Assembly: GCA_965214605.1 (NCBI GenBank)
Contig: OZ243961.1
Location: 4,160,001 to 4,224,000, forward strand
Source: an uncultured Candidatus Binatia bacterium
GTDB lineage: Bacteria > Desulfobacterota > Binatia > Bin18
DNA length: 64,000 nucleotides
Direction: 5' to 3'
Shown here: in pieces, positions 30,468 to 41,256 of the stretch
Position numbering within the stretch: position 1 is the first letter of the stretch
Layout: the number at the start of each line of letters is the position of its first letter
Translations under genes and position numbers: made by a program
Notes under the pieces: model-generated
What the model saw: the letters and a program-made list of their open reading frames with translations, nothing else
Told to the model about the DNA's origin: nothing
Database searches by the model: none

Positions 30468-31487
30468 ATGCAAATCGGAACCGTTTCGCTGAGCTCCAAC
30501 CTGTGCCTCGCCCCGTTAGCCGGGTATACGACTCTGGCCTTCCGACTGTGTATGCGTGAGGTGGGCGGCTTTGGTCTGGCAACAACCGAATTAGTACACG
30601 CCCGGGCGTTCCTGGAAAAGCACCCCAAGGCGTTTGCCCTGGCCGAGACACGCCCTGAGGACTCGCCGTTGAGCGTCCAGCTGTTTGGCCCAGTTGCTGA
30701 AGAGGTCCGCGATGCTGCTCTGCAGCTACAAGAGCGCGGGGTCGCTCTGATTGATATCAATATGGGCTGCCCGGTCGAGAAGGTGGTCAAGATCGGGGCT
30801 GGGGCGGCGATGCTGAAAGATCCGCGGCGAACCGCAAGATTTGTCGAGACCGTCACCAGGGCGGTCAAGATTCCGGTTACCGTCAAAACACGTCTGGGCT
30901 GGGACGGGACACGGCTTGATGCGGCCATTGTGGCGCCGCTTCTGGAAGATGTGGGCGTGGCGGCGCTGACAATTCACGGCCGAACCCGGGCCGGCGCGTT
31001 TGGCGGTCGTGTTGATGTGGCTGGCATTCGCAGCGTAGTTGAATCGGTCCGCTCCATCCCGGTGTTTGGCAACGGGGATATCTGTGATGCGGCAACGGCC
31101 AGGCGCATGCTCAACGAAACGGACTGTGCCGGGCTGGTCATCGGCCGAGCGGCGGTGGCCAACCCATGGATCTTTCACCAGATCCGGGCTGGTCTGCTCA
31201 ATACCCCTCCACCGCTCGCCCCTAGCCTAGAGGAACGCGTCGCCTTTATGACCCGCCATTTTCTGCGTAGCGTTGAGCTGCGCGGAGAAAAACTGGCGTG
31301 TCTCCAGTTTCGGAAGATGATTGATTATTATGCCCAGTCTTTCGGGCCGTGTAAGCCGCTACGCTTGGCGATGAAAGAGCTGAGCAGTGTCGAACAGTAC
31401 CACGCTCTAGTTGGACGCTTCTTGGCGTTTCGGCACCAGGTCGGCAGCTGGGAACAGGCTGGCCCGGCACGGGTGGCTGCCGGCTAA
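30468..31487 (+). CDS. dusB: tRNA-dihydrouridine synthase
   Basis: LAPLAG, IDINMGCP, VTVKTRLGW, IHGRTR and GNGDI. Confidence 0.9.
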   Translation: MQIGTVSLSSNLCLAPLAGYTTLAFRLCMREVGGFGLATTELVHARAFLEKHPKAFALAETRPEDSPLSVQLFGPVAEEVRDAALQLQERGVALIDINMGCPVEKVVKIGAGAAMLKDPRRTARFVETVTRAVKIPVTVKTRLGWDGTRLDAAIVAPLLEDVGVAALTIHGRTRAGAFGGRVDVAGIRSVVESVRSIPVFGNGDICDAATARRMLNETDCAGLVIGRAAVANPWIFHQIRAGLLNTPPPLAPSLEERVAFMTRHFLRSVELRGEKLACLQFRKMIDYYAQSFGPCKPLRLAMKELSSVEQYHALVGRFLAFRHQVGSWEQAGPARVAAG

Positions 31488-31511
31488 GTCTAGCTGGTCG
31501 GTGACGGGCGG

Positions 31512-33713
31512 ATGCGTAGTATTTTTCCCACTTTGGTTTGGCTCTTCCCCCTGCTCTTGGTCTTGATGCTTATCTTTCCAGCCCGGCCGACCCCGGCCGA
31601 CAGTCCCCTAGCAAATACACTCCCGGTCCTGGGCCAGCATGCTGTCCAAGATGCTCTCCGATCTCTGACCGCACCGCCCGTCCTGCCCCCTCGTTCCTCG
31701 GCTCTCGCCTACTGGGATGTGTGCGTCAATCTCAGCCTCACGGCTGTGACACCCGACACCCATATCTCCATGCTCCTTCCGCTGTCTGACGGCCGTCAGA
31801 GCATTGTCTCACGGCGCACCCATACGCCTGGAGTCCGGTACTGGGAAGAGACCGACGAGGTCAACCTGTGGGGCCATTGGCAGGTCACGGATACGATGCC
31901 GCAGCAAATTCGCTACGCCTATACCGTGCAGATCAGTGAGATTCGAACCGTGCTTCCCCAGCACCCTTTTCCGTTTCAGACAGCCGCCACCGAGGCGCTG
32001 CCTTATTTGGCTGCGTCTGAGATGATTCAGAGCGATATGCCTCAAATTCAGCAGCGGGCCTGGCGTGTCGTTCAACACGCGCGGCGTCTCGACCATGCGC
32101 TAGAGGCCTTGTACGACTACATTGCCGGCTTTGGTGCGTCGCACACCACTGAGACCTCTAACGACGCTTTGGCCGTTCTGAGCGCCGAGCGGGGTGGGCG
32201 GGCGGGCAAGGCGCGGGCCCTAGTGGCCGTGCTACGGGCGGTTGGCATTCCGGCCCGGGTGGTTGGCGGGATTCGGCTCGGCGATGTTAAGCAGGCGCGC
32301 ACGACGATGTATTGGGCCGAAGCGTTTGTCGGTCGGACCTGGGTCCCAATGGATCCGGCTGGCGGCTATTTTGGCCGGTTACCGAATACTTATCTGGCGC
32401 TCTACCGCAACGATCTGCCGCTGTTGGCCCACACCCGGCACGTATCTGTGGACTACAGCTTTGTCATTGAGCACCTTACCCGCAGGGCCGCCCTGGCCAC
32501 GGAGGCCGATCCCCGACCGGAGGGCTTGCAGGATCACCAACAATTTTGGACGGCAACCGCCTATGTTGACCGGCCCCGGGCTTCGGTCGTGTTGATTCAC
32601 GAAAGTCCGCTGTCAGAGCACCTCTTACAGTCGCTGTTGACTCGAGCCCGGGCGGCTGGCGTCAACGCCTCGATCTTCAGCACTCCGGACGGCTCACGTG
32701 CCTTCCGTCAGGCCTGCCTGCGAACCGTTCTCGACGTTAATAGCGCACTCCTTCGGGATGCCAACCTAGTCGTGCTCAATACCTACGATGCGGCCGGGCT
32801 CTACGCCCTGCTCGACCAGGATGGATTGGAGGATAGGCTCCACGACACACGCCTGGTGATAGCCAGTGGAGTGGTCCAACCGGTCGGGAGAATCTTTGCG
32901 GCGCTGATAGACCGGGTACTCGAACCGGCCTCGGTGGTGTTACTGCCCTACCAGCCCAACCCCAGCCAAATATGGGAGACCAGTCTGGTCGGCCTGACGC
33001 TCTCACTCCCCCCGTCCCAAGGCGGTGTCGAATTAAGCGGATGGAGGGCCGGTGTGGTCAGCATGTGGCAGCACGCCATCCGGGCCAAGGCCTCACTGCT
33101 GGCGCTGAACGCTATCCTGGTGCTGCCCGTCATCGCTTTTTTCCTCGTCATTCTGCGCAATCTCATCGGTTTAGAGACTTTTGGATTTTTTGCTCCTATG
33201 CTGCTCGCCCTGGCTTTTTTGACAACCGGTCTGGGCTGGGGGCTGCTGATCTTCGGCGCTATTATCGGTGTTGGCGGCGGCCTACGCCTAGTCCTGCAAC
33301 GGCTCCGGCTGCACCTTGTTGCGCGGGTGGCTATCCTGATTGCAGTGGTAGCGGTGAGCATGACCGGCCTCACTCTCGTTGGCGCTCAGCTGGGCATTGG
33401 GGAGCTGCTTCACGTCGGCATTTTCCCCATGGTCATTATTGCCAATATGATAGAGAATTTCAGCAATACCCAGTTAGAGCGCGGAACTCGGGAAGCGCTG
33501 CGGTTGACCGTGAATACCCTGCTGGTGGCCCTGCTGTCTTACGGGTGTATTGAGAACACCGATCTGAGGCCGCTGTTGCTGGCCTTTCCCGAGCTGCTGG
33601 TCGCCATCGTCGGGCTAGAAGTTTTGATCGGCTGTTGGCGCGGTATGCGCCTAGTCGAATATCTGCGTTTTGTCCGCGTACTGCGCCAGGCCGCGGCCCC
33701 AGACCGTATCTAG
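31512..33713 (+). CDS. Inactive transglutaminase fused to a 7TM domain
   Basis: LRAVGIPARVVGG...WAEAF...WVPMDP lacking the catalytic Cys and His; C-terminal RNLIGLETFGFFAP and IFPMVI 7TM motifs. Confidence 0.88.
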   Translation: MRSIFPTLVWLFPLLLVLMLIFPARPTPADSPLANTLPVLGQHAVQDALRSLTAPPVLPPRSSALAYWDVCVNLSLTAVTPDTHISMLLPLSDGRQSIVSRRTHTPGVRYWEETDEVNLWGHWQVTDTMPQQIRYAYTVQISEIRTVLPQHPFPFQTAATEALPYLAASEMIQSDMPQIQQRAWRVVQHARRLDHALEALYDYIAGFGASHTTETSNDALAVLSAERGGRAGKARALVAVLRAVGIPARVVGGIRLGDVKQARTTMYWAEAFVGRTWVPMDPAGGYFGRLPNTYLALYRNDLPLLAHTRHVSVDYSFVIEHLTRRAALATEADPRPEGLQDHQQFWTATAYVDRPRASVVLIHESPLSEHLLQSLLTRARAAGVNASIFSTPDGSRAFRQACLRTVLDVNSALLRDANLVVLNTYDAAGLYALLDQDGLEDRLHDTRLVIASGVVQPVGRIFAALIDRVLEPASVVLLPYQPNPSQIWETSLVGLTLSLPPSQGGVELSGWRAGVVSMWQHAIRAKASLLALNAILVLPVIAFFLVILRNLIGLETFGFFAPMLLALAFLTTGLGWGLLIFGAIIGVGGGLRLVLQRLRLHLVARVAILIAVVAVSMTGLTLVGAQLGIGELLHVGIFPMVIIANMIENFSNTQLERGTREALRLTVNTLLVALLSYGCIENTDLRPLLLAFPELLVAIVGLEVLIGCWRGMRLVEYLRFVRVLRQAAAPDRI

Positions 33714-33729
33714 ACCGGGACAGACCCTG

Positions 33730-34698
33730 ATGTTGCAACAACTGCGCACCGTGTCCCGAGAATTTCTCGGCCTGAACCGGCGAGACCGCGACTTGGTCGC
33801 CCGCTATAATCCGCGCCGTCTAGCCCACGATACCATCCATAAGCTGCGTACCAAGAAACTGTTGCAGGCACGCGGCATTCCGGTTGCCGAGACGCTGGCA
33901 GTGTATCGTTTTCAGCACGATATCAAACAGTTTGTCGATCACACGGCTGCCTGGAAGGATTTTGTGATCAAACCCGCGCAGGGCACGGGTGGAGGCGGGG
34001 TCGTTGTCATCGCTGGCCGTCAGGATCAGGCTTTTGTGAGCCTGGGAGGCGGGACGCTCAGGGCACGGATGCTGGAGAACCATCTGTCCGATATCCTAAA
34101 CGGCGTCTACTCACTTAACCATCGTTACGACGAGGCGTTTGTCGAGCGCCGTCTACAGGCGCACCCAGCGCTGGCCCGGCTCAGCTTTCAGGGCTTGCCC
34201 GACATTCGGGTCGTTGTGTTTCAGGGTGTCCCCTTGATGGCCATGCTGCGCCTGGCAACCCGCCGCTCTCAGGGCCGGGCCAATCTGGACAACGGCGGAC
34301 TCGGCGTTGGCATTGATCTGGTCAGCGGGGTGACTAGCGGGGCTATTGCGAGACGACGTTGGGTGATGGAGCACCCCGATACCAGGCTCGGGTTGAGTGG
34401 AATCCGGGTGCCGGAATGGGAGGGACTGGTGCGGACAGCCACGCGCTGTGCGGATGCCATCGGTATCAAATATCTCGGCGTCGATGTGGTGCTTGACGTG
34501 GACCTCGGCGCGTGTGTGCTGGAGTTGAACGCCCGACCCGGCCTCCTTATCCAACTCGCCAACCGGCGCGGACTACGGCCCTTGGTCGAGGCGGTTGAGC
34601 GGAGTGCGTCTCAGAATCTCTCTGTGGCTGAGCGGGTCGCATTCGGCCGGTCCCTGTACGCCGGGGAGGGAGCACGATATCCCATCGCCTCTCTTTAG
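33730..34698 (+). CDS. Alpha-L-glutamate ligase-like ATP-grasp protein
   Basis: LGLNRR, FVIKPAQGTGGGG, PDIRVV, ANL..GG.GVGIDL and LELNARPGL.IQLAN. Confidence 0.9.
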   Translation: MLQQLRTVSREFLGLNRRDRDLVARYNPRRLAHDTIHKLRTKKLLQARGIPVAETLAVYRFQHDIKQFVDHTAAWKDFVIKPAQGTGGGGVVVIAGRQDQAFVSLGGGTLRARMLENHLSDILNGVYSLNHRYDEAFVERRLQAHPALARLSFQGLPDIRVVVFQGVPLMAMLRLATRRSQGRANLDNGGLGVGIDLVSGVTSGAIARRRWVMEHPDTRLGLSGIRVPEWEGLVRTATRCADAIGIKYLGVDVVLDVDLGACVLELNARPGLLIQLANRRGLRPLVEAVERSASQNLSVAERVAFGRSLYAGEGARYPIASL

Positions 34699-35987
34699 CC
34701 CTCATTTTGCTCGCCGCTCTTAGGCCAGGCGTAAAAGTTCTTTGAGAAAATTTCATTCTGTGGCCGGACGTCGTCCTTCCTTACAGTCGGAGCGGAGGAG
34801 AGCGATGCGAGAGTCAAGCAGGGGCACTGCGGCGTCTTTCGGCTGCTTGTTGAGTTCGTCTGTGTGGGGCACTCTGATCGTACGGATGAGAGGGGTCTTC
34901 CGCGGCACACCAGCTGCACGAAATTGTATGGCCTGCCGTTCTTCACGGTGCCGTATTGCGGCGTACTTCAGGTTTAGGCTTGCATCGGATGCACAGCTAA
35001 TATCTTATCGATCGGGGAGGGAGTTTCCGGCGTTGTAAGAGACCCGGTCGATCGGGGTCGTTTGGGTCTCCTCATCCTTGTCGCGCCCGTGTTCTCATGA
35101 TGTCCCTCGCCTTGGTACGAGAGTCATATTTTCGCCAATCTTGAGCGCTCGTATCCGGAGGACGATCAGCGGAAGCACGCCTGTGAAGAGAGCAATCATG
35201 CTGTGGCTCATCATATCTTCCGCCACGATGACCGCGCGGCGGCCATCCGTGTAGATAGTTTTCTCGATAGCCCAGTCCTCAACCGTCCCGATGATGCGGA
35301 ATTCGTCCGGCTCCAAGCTGCACCCTCGTCTCGTGGCGACGTCTCGCTGTCCTCAAGCGGGAGATCAAGCCCGTCTGCGTGGGGCTGTTTTCGTCCCCTA
35401 GCCCGCAGAGCCAGAGCACCGAGGGCGACGAGAGATGGGCAGAGGACCTCGCCGCCCATCTCTCGTCAAGTGCCGGGTGCGTGTTGTTGATGGAGAAGGG
35501 TTCTGATTTCAGACTAGCTGTCCCTCACCCTGCTCTCCCATATTTTCCCTGATGTTCTCGGTCAGCAAGTCAGGATTGTGGCGTGCAGTAGGTGGCTTCA
35601 GGACGAATCCAGACATGAGCTGAGACCCCCAACACGTGCTCAAGGGCGAGGGCAGGGAATTGGTTCTCTGTTCGGTTGGTCCCTCACTCCGCTTGGCGCA
35701 AGCCCTTTGCCTCCAGGGTTTGGCGCCGCACGGAGGGAGCAAGCTAGGCCATGCGCTTGCGTGCGCAACGAACTGCCGGTTTGGCGCTGCACGCAGGGGG
35801 CAAGCTATCAGACCACACGCGCTCTTCAGGTCGTCATAAGTCGCTCGCCGTCTCAACATCAACTTCCTGCTTCCTCTCGTCTCATCAACAGACACAATGA
35901 GGCGCCAACAATGATCGGGCTCAAGAGCGAGGGAACAGGACCAATTCAACGAAAACCGATCAACTCCTCTAGGAGTTTGGGGCGGAC

Positions 35988-36017
35988 TTGACACGCTGCT
36001 GTTTCGCGGTCTATAGT
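35988..36017 (+). promoter_or_regulatory. Sigma70-type promoter of nadA
   Basis: TTGACA at 35988-35993, 18-nt spacer, TATAGT at 36012-36017. Confidence 0.7.
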
Positions 36018-36037
36018 ATGCGTCAGATTTACGCAAA
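36017..36037. promoter_or_regulatory. NrtR-type operator
   Basis: Palindrome TGCGT-CAGATTT-ACGCA with a GT-N7-AC core, just downstream of the -10; nrtR is in the same operon. Confidence 0.75.
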
Positions 36038-36053
36038 CCCCTGGGGAGGGAAT

Positions 36054-37061
36054 ATGCACCCGATCTACGGCGGGGAAAAGACCCCGCAAGAACTGTACGA
36101 CCACCTGTCGCAGCTTGACAGCGAATACACGCTCGAGGCGTGTACCGAGTACGCGGCTTGGATTCACGACATCAAACAACTCAAGCAGGAACACAACGCG
36201 GTCATTTTGGCCCATAACTATCAACGGCCCGAAATCTTCGAGGTGGCGGACTTTATCGGCGATTCGCTCGAACTCGCCCGTCAGGCCAAAAAAGTCGAGT
36301 CCGACCAAGTCGTGTTCTGCGGCGTGCACTTTATGGCTGAGACGGCCAAGATTGTGAACCCAGAGCGTAAGATTCTGCTGCCCGACCTAAAGGCTGGCTG
36401 CTCTTTGGCCGAGAGTATCACCGGTGAGGCGTTAGCCGAGCGCAAGCACGAGCTGCGCAAGGTCTATCCCGATCTCCAGACTATCTGTTATGTCAACACC
36501 ACCGCCGACGTGAAAGCCGAGTGCGACGCGTGCTGCACCTCGGCGAACGCGGTGCAGATCGTTGAGTCTTTAGACACCGAGCACGTCCTGTTTGTCCCGG
36601 ACGAGAATCTCGCCCGCTATGTGCAAACCCAGACCACGAAAACCATCCTGTCCTGGGAGGGCAACTGTTATGTCCACCACCAGATTACTCCTCAGCACAT
36701 TCTGTCGGTGCGTGACAATCTGCCCCACGTCAAGGTCCTGGTTCATCCCGAATGCCGGGAAGACGTGATTCAGCTGGCCGACGCGGTTCTGTCGACGAGT
36801 GCCATGGTTCGCTATGCCAAAAATAGTCCGGCCGAAGAATTTCTGATCGTCACCGAGTGTGGTCTGTCCGACCGGCTGCTGCTCGAAATTCCCGAAAAGA
36901 AGTTCTACAAGAGCTGTCAGCTGTGCCATTACATGAAGATGATTACCCTCGACGGCGTGCGTGACTCCCTGCGGGCGCAGCGCTATGAGATTACCCTGGA
37001 CGAGGATATCCGGGTGGCAGCCGAACAGGCGATCGACCGGATGTTGGAGTTGAGTGCTTAG
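36054..37061 (+). CDS. nadA: Quinolinate synthase
   Basis: ILAHNYQ, GDSLELA, FCGVHFMAETAK, AGCSLA, CYVH, HPEC and CHYMK. Confidence 0.97.
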   Translation: MHPIYGGEKTPQELYDHLSQLDSEYTLEACTEYAAWIHDIKQLKQEHNAVILAHNYQRPEIFEVADFIGDSLELARQAKKVESDQVVFCGVHFMAETAKIVNPERKILLPDLKAGCSLAESITGEALAERKHELRKVYPDLQTICYVNTTADVKAECDACCTSANAVQIVESLDTEHVLFVPDENLARYVQTQTTKTILSWEGNCYVHHQITPQHILSVRDNLPHVKVLVHPECREDVIQLADAVLSTSAMVRYAKNSPAEEFLIVTECGLSDRLLLEIPEKKFYKSCQLCHYMKMITLDGVRDSLRAQRYEITLDEDIRVAAEQAIDRMLELSA

Positions 37062-37776
37062 GCCAACTCCTCCCCTCGACGTCATCGGGGCGGGCGCGGT
37101 GTCAACGACATCAGCCTGGACGGCGGCGCCTCACCCTCGGGTGGCGGTCGATGCCGTCCTGTTCACCATCACCGACGGTCAGCTGCAGACCCTGCTGGTC
37201 AATATTAAAACTGGCCCGTTTGTCGGTCGCTGGGCCTTTCCGGGCGGCTTAGTCGAACTCGGCGAGTCGCTAGACGAGGCGGCCTACCGGGAGTTGTACG
37301 AGAAGACCGGGGTCCGAGACCTGTATCTTGAGCAGCTTTTCACTTTTGGTGATGCCCACCGTGACCCGACCTGGCACACCGTAGCGGTGGCCTATTTTGC
37401 CCTGGTGCCGTATTTTGACCATGGACTGAAACGGGGCGAGAAGTACGCCGATATTGATTGGTTTCCAGTCCACGATCTCCCGCGCCTAGCCTACGATCAC
37501 AGCGCGATTGCCGCCTACGCGCTGAAACGCCTGCAGGCCAAACTGGGCTATACGAATATTGTCTACAGCCTGCTGCCCGATGAGTTCACGCTGCGCGAAA
37601 TTCAGGCTATCTACGAGACGATCCTCAACGATAAGCTGGATCGACGAAATTTCCGACGCAAGATTCTGGCCTTGGGACTACTCAAACCCTTACCCAAAAC
37701 CCGCCATGGCTCTCATCGGCCGGCCGCTCTGTATACCTTCACCCAGCGCCGGCCCATGAATGTGGGCGTACTGTGA
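37054..37776 (+). CDS. nrtR: Nudix-related transcriptional regulator NrtR
   Basis: Degenerate Nudix box (RELYEKTG), YLEQLFTF...RDP, wHTH motifs DRRNFRRKI and RPAALY; start uncertain. Confidence 0.88.
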   Translation: MLRPTPPLDVIGAGAVSTTSAWTAAPHPRVAVDAVLFTITDGQLQTLLVNIKTGPFVGRWAFPGGLVELGESLDEAAYRELYEKTGVRDLYLEQLFTFGDAHRDPTWHTVAVAYFALVPYFDHGLKRGEKYADIDWFPVHDLPRLAYDHSAIAAYALKRLQAKLGYTNIVYSLLPDEFTLREIQAIYETILNDKLDRRNFRRKILALGLLKPLPKTRHGSHRPAALYTFTQRRPMNVGVL

Positions 37777-37942
37777 GCAAGATGGAGGGGGCGTGGTGAG
37801 AGAGACAGGGCTGTATTCTTGTCCGGTCTGTACTCCTCACTCCCGAGTCGTTCCTTGGCCGTCTTGTTTATGTTAAGCTGAGATGGACGCGGCCTTGATT
37901 GTTGTTTCGCGTTTGAGGCTCCGTATTTTCGGGAGAATCCGT

Positions 37943-38341
37943 ATGTGGAAACATTTGATGATGGCGTGCCTATTCACGCTGAGCCCGAGCGCTTTGAGCT
38001 GGGCCGAATCTTCCCCCAAACACCCCCCGCCGGCCAAACAAGGCTCCCCGGCCACAGCCTTACCGGCGACGTTGCCCCCAGACCTCTTCACTGGCAGGGT
38101 CCGTCAAGCCTACCAGGTCGCGGCAGACATGCCTGAGGTCCTAGCCGGGCTCAACTGTCACTGTGGCTGCGATGAGTCCCAAGGCCACCAGAATCTCTTG
38201 AGCTGCTTTAGTGACGACCATGCGGTCGGTTGACCGCACTGTGTGAACGAGGCGCTGGACGCGCACTCTCTGTTTATGGTGGGTACTCCACCGGACCAAA
38301 TTTACGATTTTATCGAGCAGACCTACGGGACAGGGCGCTAG
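37943..38341 (+). CDS. Exported PCYCGC/CYCXC-motif protein, probable selenoprotein (in-frame TGA at 38231-38233)
   Basis: NCHCGC...GHQNLLSCF..DHAVG-TGA-PHCVNEALDA...IEQTYG; frame stays open to TAG at 38339-38341; SD ggaga. Confidence 0.75.
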
Positions 38342-38739
38342 TCTTTTCCGCCTTGTTTGAGATCCTGAGCCAGCTCTATCAAATATCCGTCAGGGTCTCG
38401 CACATAGGCCGTACGCTGGCCCCACTGACGAGTTGTCGGCGGCGTGACCGCCATGGCTCCTTTTTCGACCAGCTCCGCATAGGCAGCGTCAACATTTGCG
38501 ACTTTGAAGCCGAGCTCGAAGCCGGCGGCATCCGTAGCCGGCTTGGTCAGGCTGGAATCCAGCGCCTGGGCCATCGCTGTCCGAGTATAAAAACCGAGCC
38601 GGGTCGTGCCCGTGTCCAGCTGGGCATATTCGCCTGAGCGATGGCCCAAGCGCAGCCCCAACACCTGGGTGTAGAAGCTGAGAGTGCGGTCAAGATCGTC
38701 AACGATCAGGATCACATAGTTGAGAGCGGTCAGTTTCAT
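38338..38739 (-). CDS. VOC/glyoxalase family protein
   Basis: YVILIVDDLDRTLSFY, ELGFKV and WGQRTAYVRDPDGYLIEL; SD aaggagg. Confidence 0.9.
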   Translation of the reverse strand: MKLTALNYVILIVDDLDRTLSFYTQVLGLRLGHRSGEYAQLDTGTTRLGFYTRTAMAQALDSSLTKPATDAAGFELGFKVANVDAAYAELVEKGAMAVTPPTTRQWGQRTAYVRDPDGYLIELAQDLKQGGKD

Positions 38740-38848
38740 CGCCACCATCCTCCTTGACGCTCTATGCTGCCATCTGACCCTGGGTTTTAAAAGGCGGGTC
38801 GGCCCGGATGCCGGGTGAAGCGAACCGAGGGGAGGTCCTGCCTGGTGA

Positions 38849-39862
<1,014 letters not shown>

Positions 39863-39886
39863 GTCCGGAACGGGAGCAGCAACCCG

Positions 39887-40711
39887 ATGCCGATTGTCTC
39901 CGCCTTTTTGGTCCCTAGCTCACCCCTGCCGTATGTCAAACCAAACAACCCGCCGTGGGCAAAAATCGCCGCCGGTTACCGAGCCGCCAGACAGACTCTC
40001 GCCACCTCAAAGCCCGAGGTGCTGCTCGTCTACTCGACTCAGTGGATTGCGGTCCTTGACCAGCTGTGGCAGGCTCGGCCGCGGGTGAAGGGGCTGCACG
40101 TTGACGAAAACTGGCACGAGTATGACGACCTGCCGTATGACCTGAAAATCGCCGCCCCGTTAGCCAGGGCGTGCGTCAGTGCGGCGACCAAGGCCGGCGT
40201 CAAATCTAAAGCAGTTAATTACGACGGGTTTCCGGTTGATACCGGAACGATTGTGGCCGCCAAGTTTCTGGACCCGGACGGCACGATCCCATTGTTGATC
40301 GCCTCGAACAACCTGTATCACGACTTCAGGCTGACCGAGAAGCTGGGTCGCATCGCCGCCATCCAAGCCCGACGTCGATACAAACGAGTCGCCGTGGTCG
40401 GGATTGGCAATCTGTCGGGCACATTTTTTCGGGACGCGATCGATATTCGTAAAGACAAACTCGCCGCTCCCAAGTACGACCGCTGGAATAAGAAGATCTT
40501 AGATCTCATGACCCGTGGTGAGATGAAAGGGCTAGCTGCGGCCATTCCCGATTTTGTGGCGGAGGGTCAGGCCGACATGGGCTTTAAGCACTACGCTTGG
40601 GTGCTGGGAGCCTTAGGCGGAAAATTCAGTGCTGCGACCGTACACGCTTACGGGCCTCTATACGGAGCGGGCGGAGCCGTCGTGGAATTCCAACTCAAAT
40701 CTGGACGATAG
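39887..40711 (+). CDS. amnA: 2-aminophenol 1,6-dioxygenase alpha subunit-like
   Basis: IVSAFLVP, YSTQWIAVLDQLW, VDENWHE, ADMGFKH and YGPLYGAG. Confidence 0.82.
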   Translation: MPIVSAFLVPSSPLPYVKPNNPPWAKIAAGYRAARQTLATSKPEVLLVYSTQWIAVLDQLWQARPRVKGLHVDENWHEYDDLPYDLKIAAPLARACVSAATKAGVKSKAVNYDGFPVDTGTIVAAKFLDPDGTIPLLIASNNLYHDFRLTEKLGRIAAIQARRRYKRVAVVGIGNLSGTFFRDAIDIRKDKLAAPKYDRWNKKILDLMTRGEMKGLAAAIPDFVAEGQADMGFKHYAWVLGALGGKFSAATVHAYGPLYGAGGAVVEFQLKSGR

Positions 40712-40739
40712 TCAGCCAAGACGGACAAGGAGGACACCT

Positions 40740-41144
40740 ATGGCTGAGTCACAGCGAGATCGAATTTTTACCGGGCTAGCGATTTGCTTTTGGCTGCTGG
40801 CGATCTCGAATTTTTCCAAGCCTTTTCAACTCTCCGAGCAGAGCGGCTTCGTGTTATTCGGTACCCGTCTGACGGGTAGTGACAACGTGTTATGGAGCCT
40901 CGTCTTTGGCGTCTATCTGGTGGTGTACGGCTTGGGCCTCTGGTATATGAAGCGTTTCGTCGTCGGGATGTCGCACGCCTATGCCCTCTACGTCATCCTA
41001 AACCTGTTCCTGTACTGGAACGGTGTCCCGGAGGTGGCTAGCGGGGACGTCATTTTTGGAGTAATTTACACCCTGGGCGCAGTCGGGGTGTCCCTTGGCT
41101 CAGCCGTACTGCTGAGCATACGCAGAAAAGAACTGTCGTGGTGA
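40740..41144 (+). CDS. Four-TM hypothetical membrane protein
   Basis: SD aaggagg; four hydrophobic segments; AISNFSKP. Confidence 0.75.
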   Translation: MAESQRDRIFTGLAICFWLLAISNFSKPFQLSEQSGFVLFGTRLTGSDNVLWSLVFGVYLVVYGLGLWYMKRFVVGMSHAYALYVILNLFLYWNGVPEVASGDVIFGVIYTLGAVGVSLGSAVLLSIRRKELSW

Positions 41145-41167
41145 TCCACCACGCCTAGACGGCGCAT

Positions 41168-41186
41168 CAGGGGCACGCTGCCCCTG
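41168..41186. terminator. Hairpin between convergent genes
   Basis: CAGGGGCA-CGC-TGCCCCTG 8-bp stem; no U-tract. Confidence 0.35.
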
Positions 41187-41256
41187 GACTCCAGCCGACG
41201 GACAGCGGCTAGGTCAGCGGGACGCCAACCCGGCCCTGGGCGGCAAGCCAGAGCTG

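Noticed and set aside
38230-38637. 135-aa plus-strand ORF after the PCYCGC-type gene
   Set aside because: Mostly antisense to the VOC gene; the region is better explained by UGA readthrough in the other frame.
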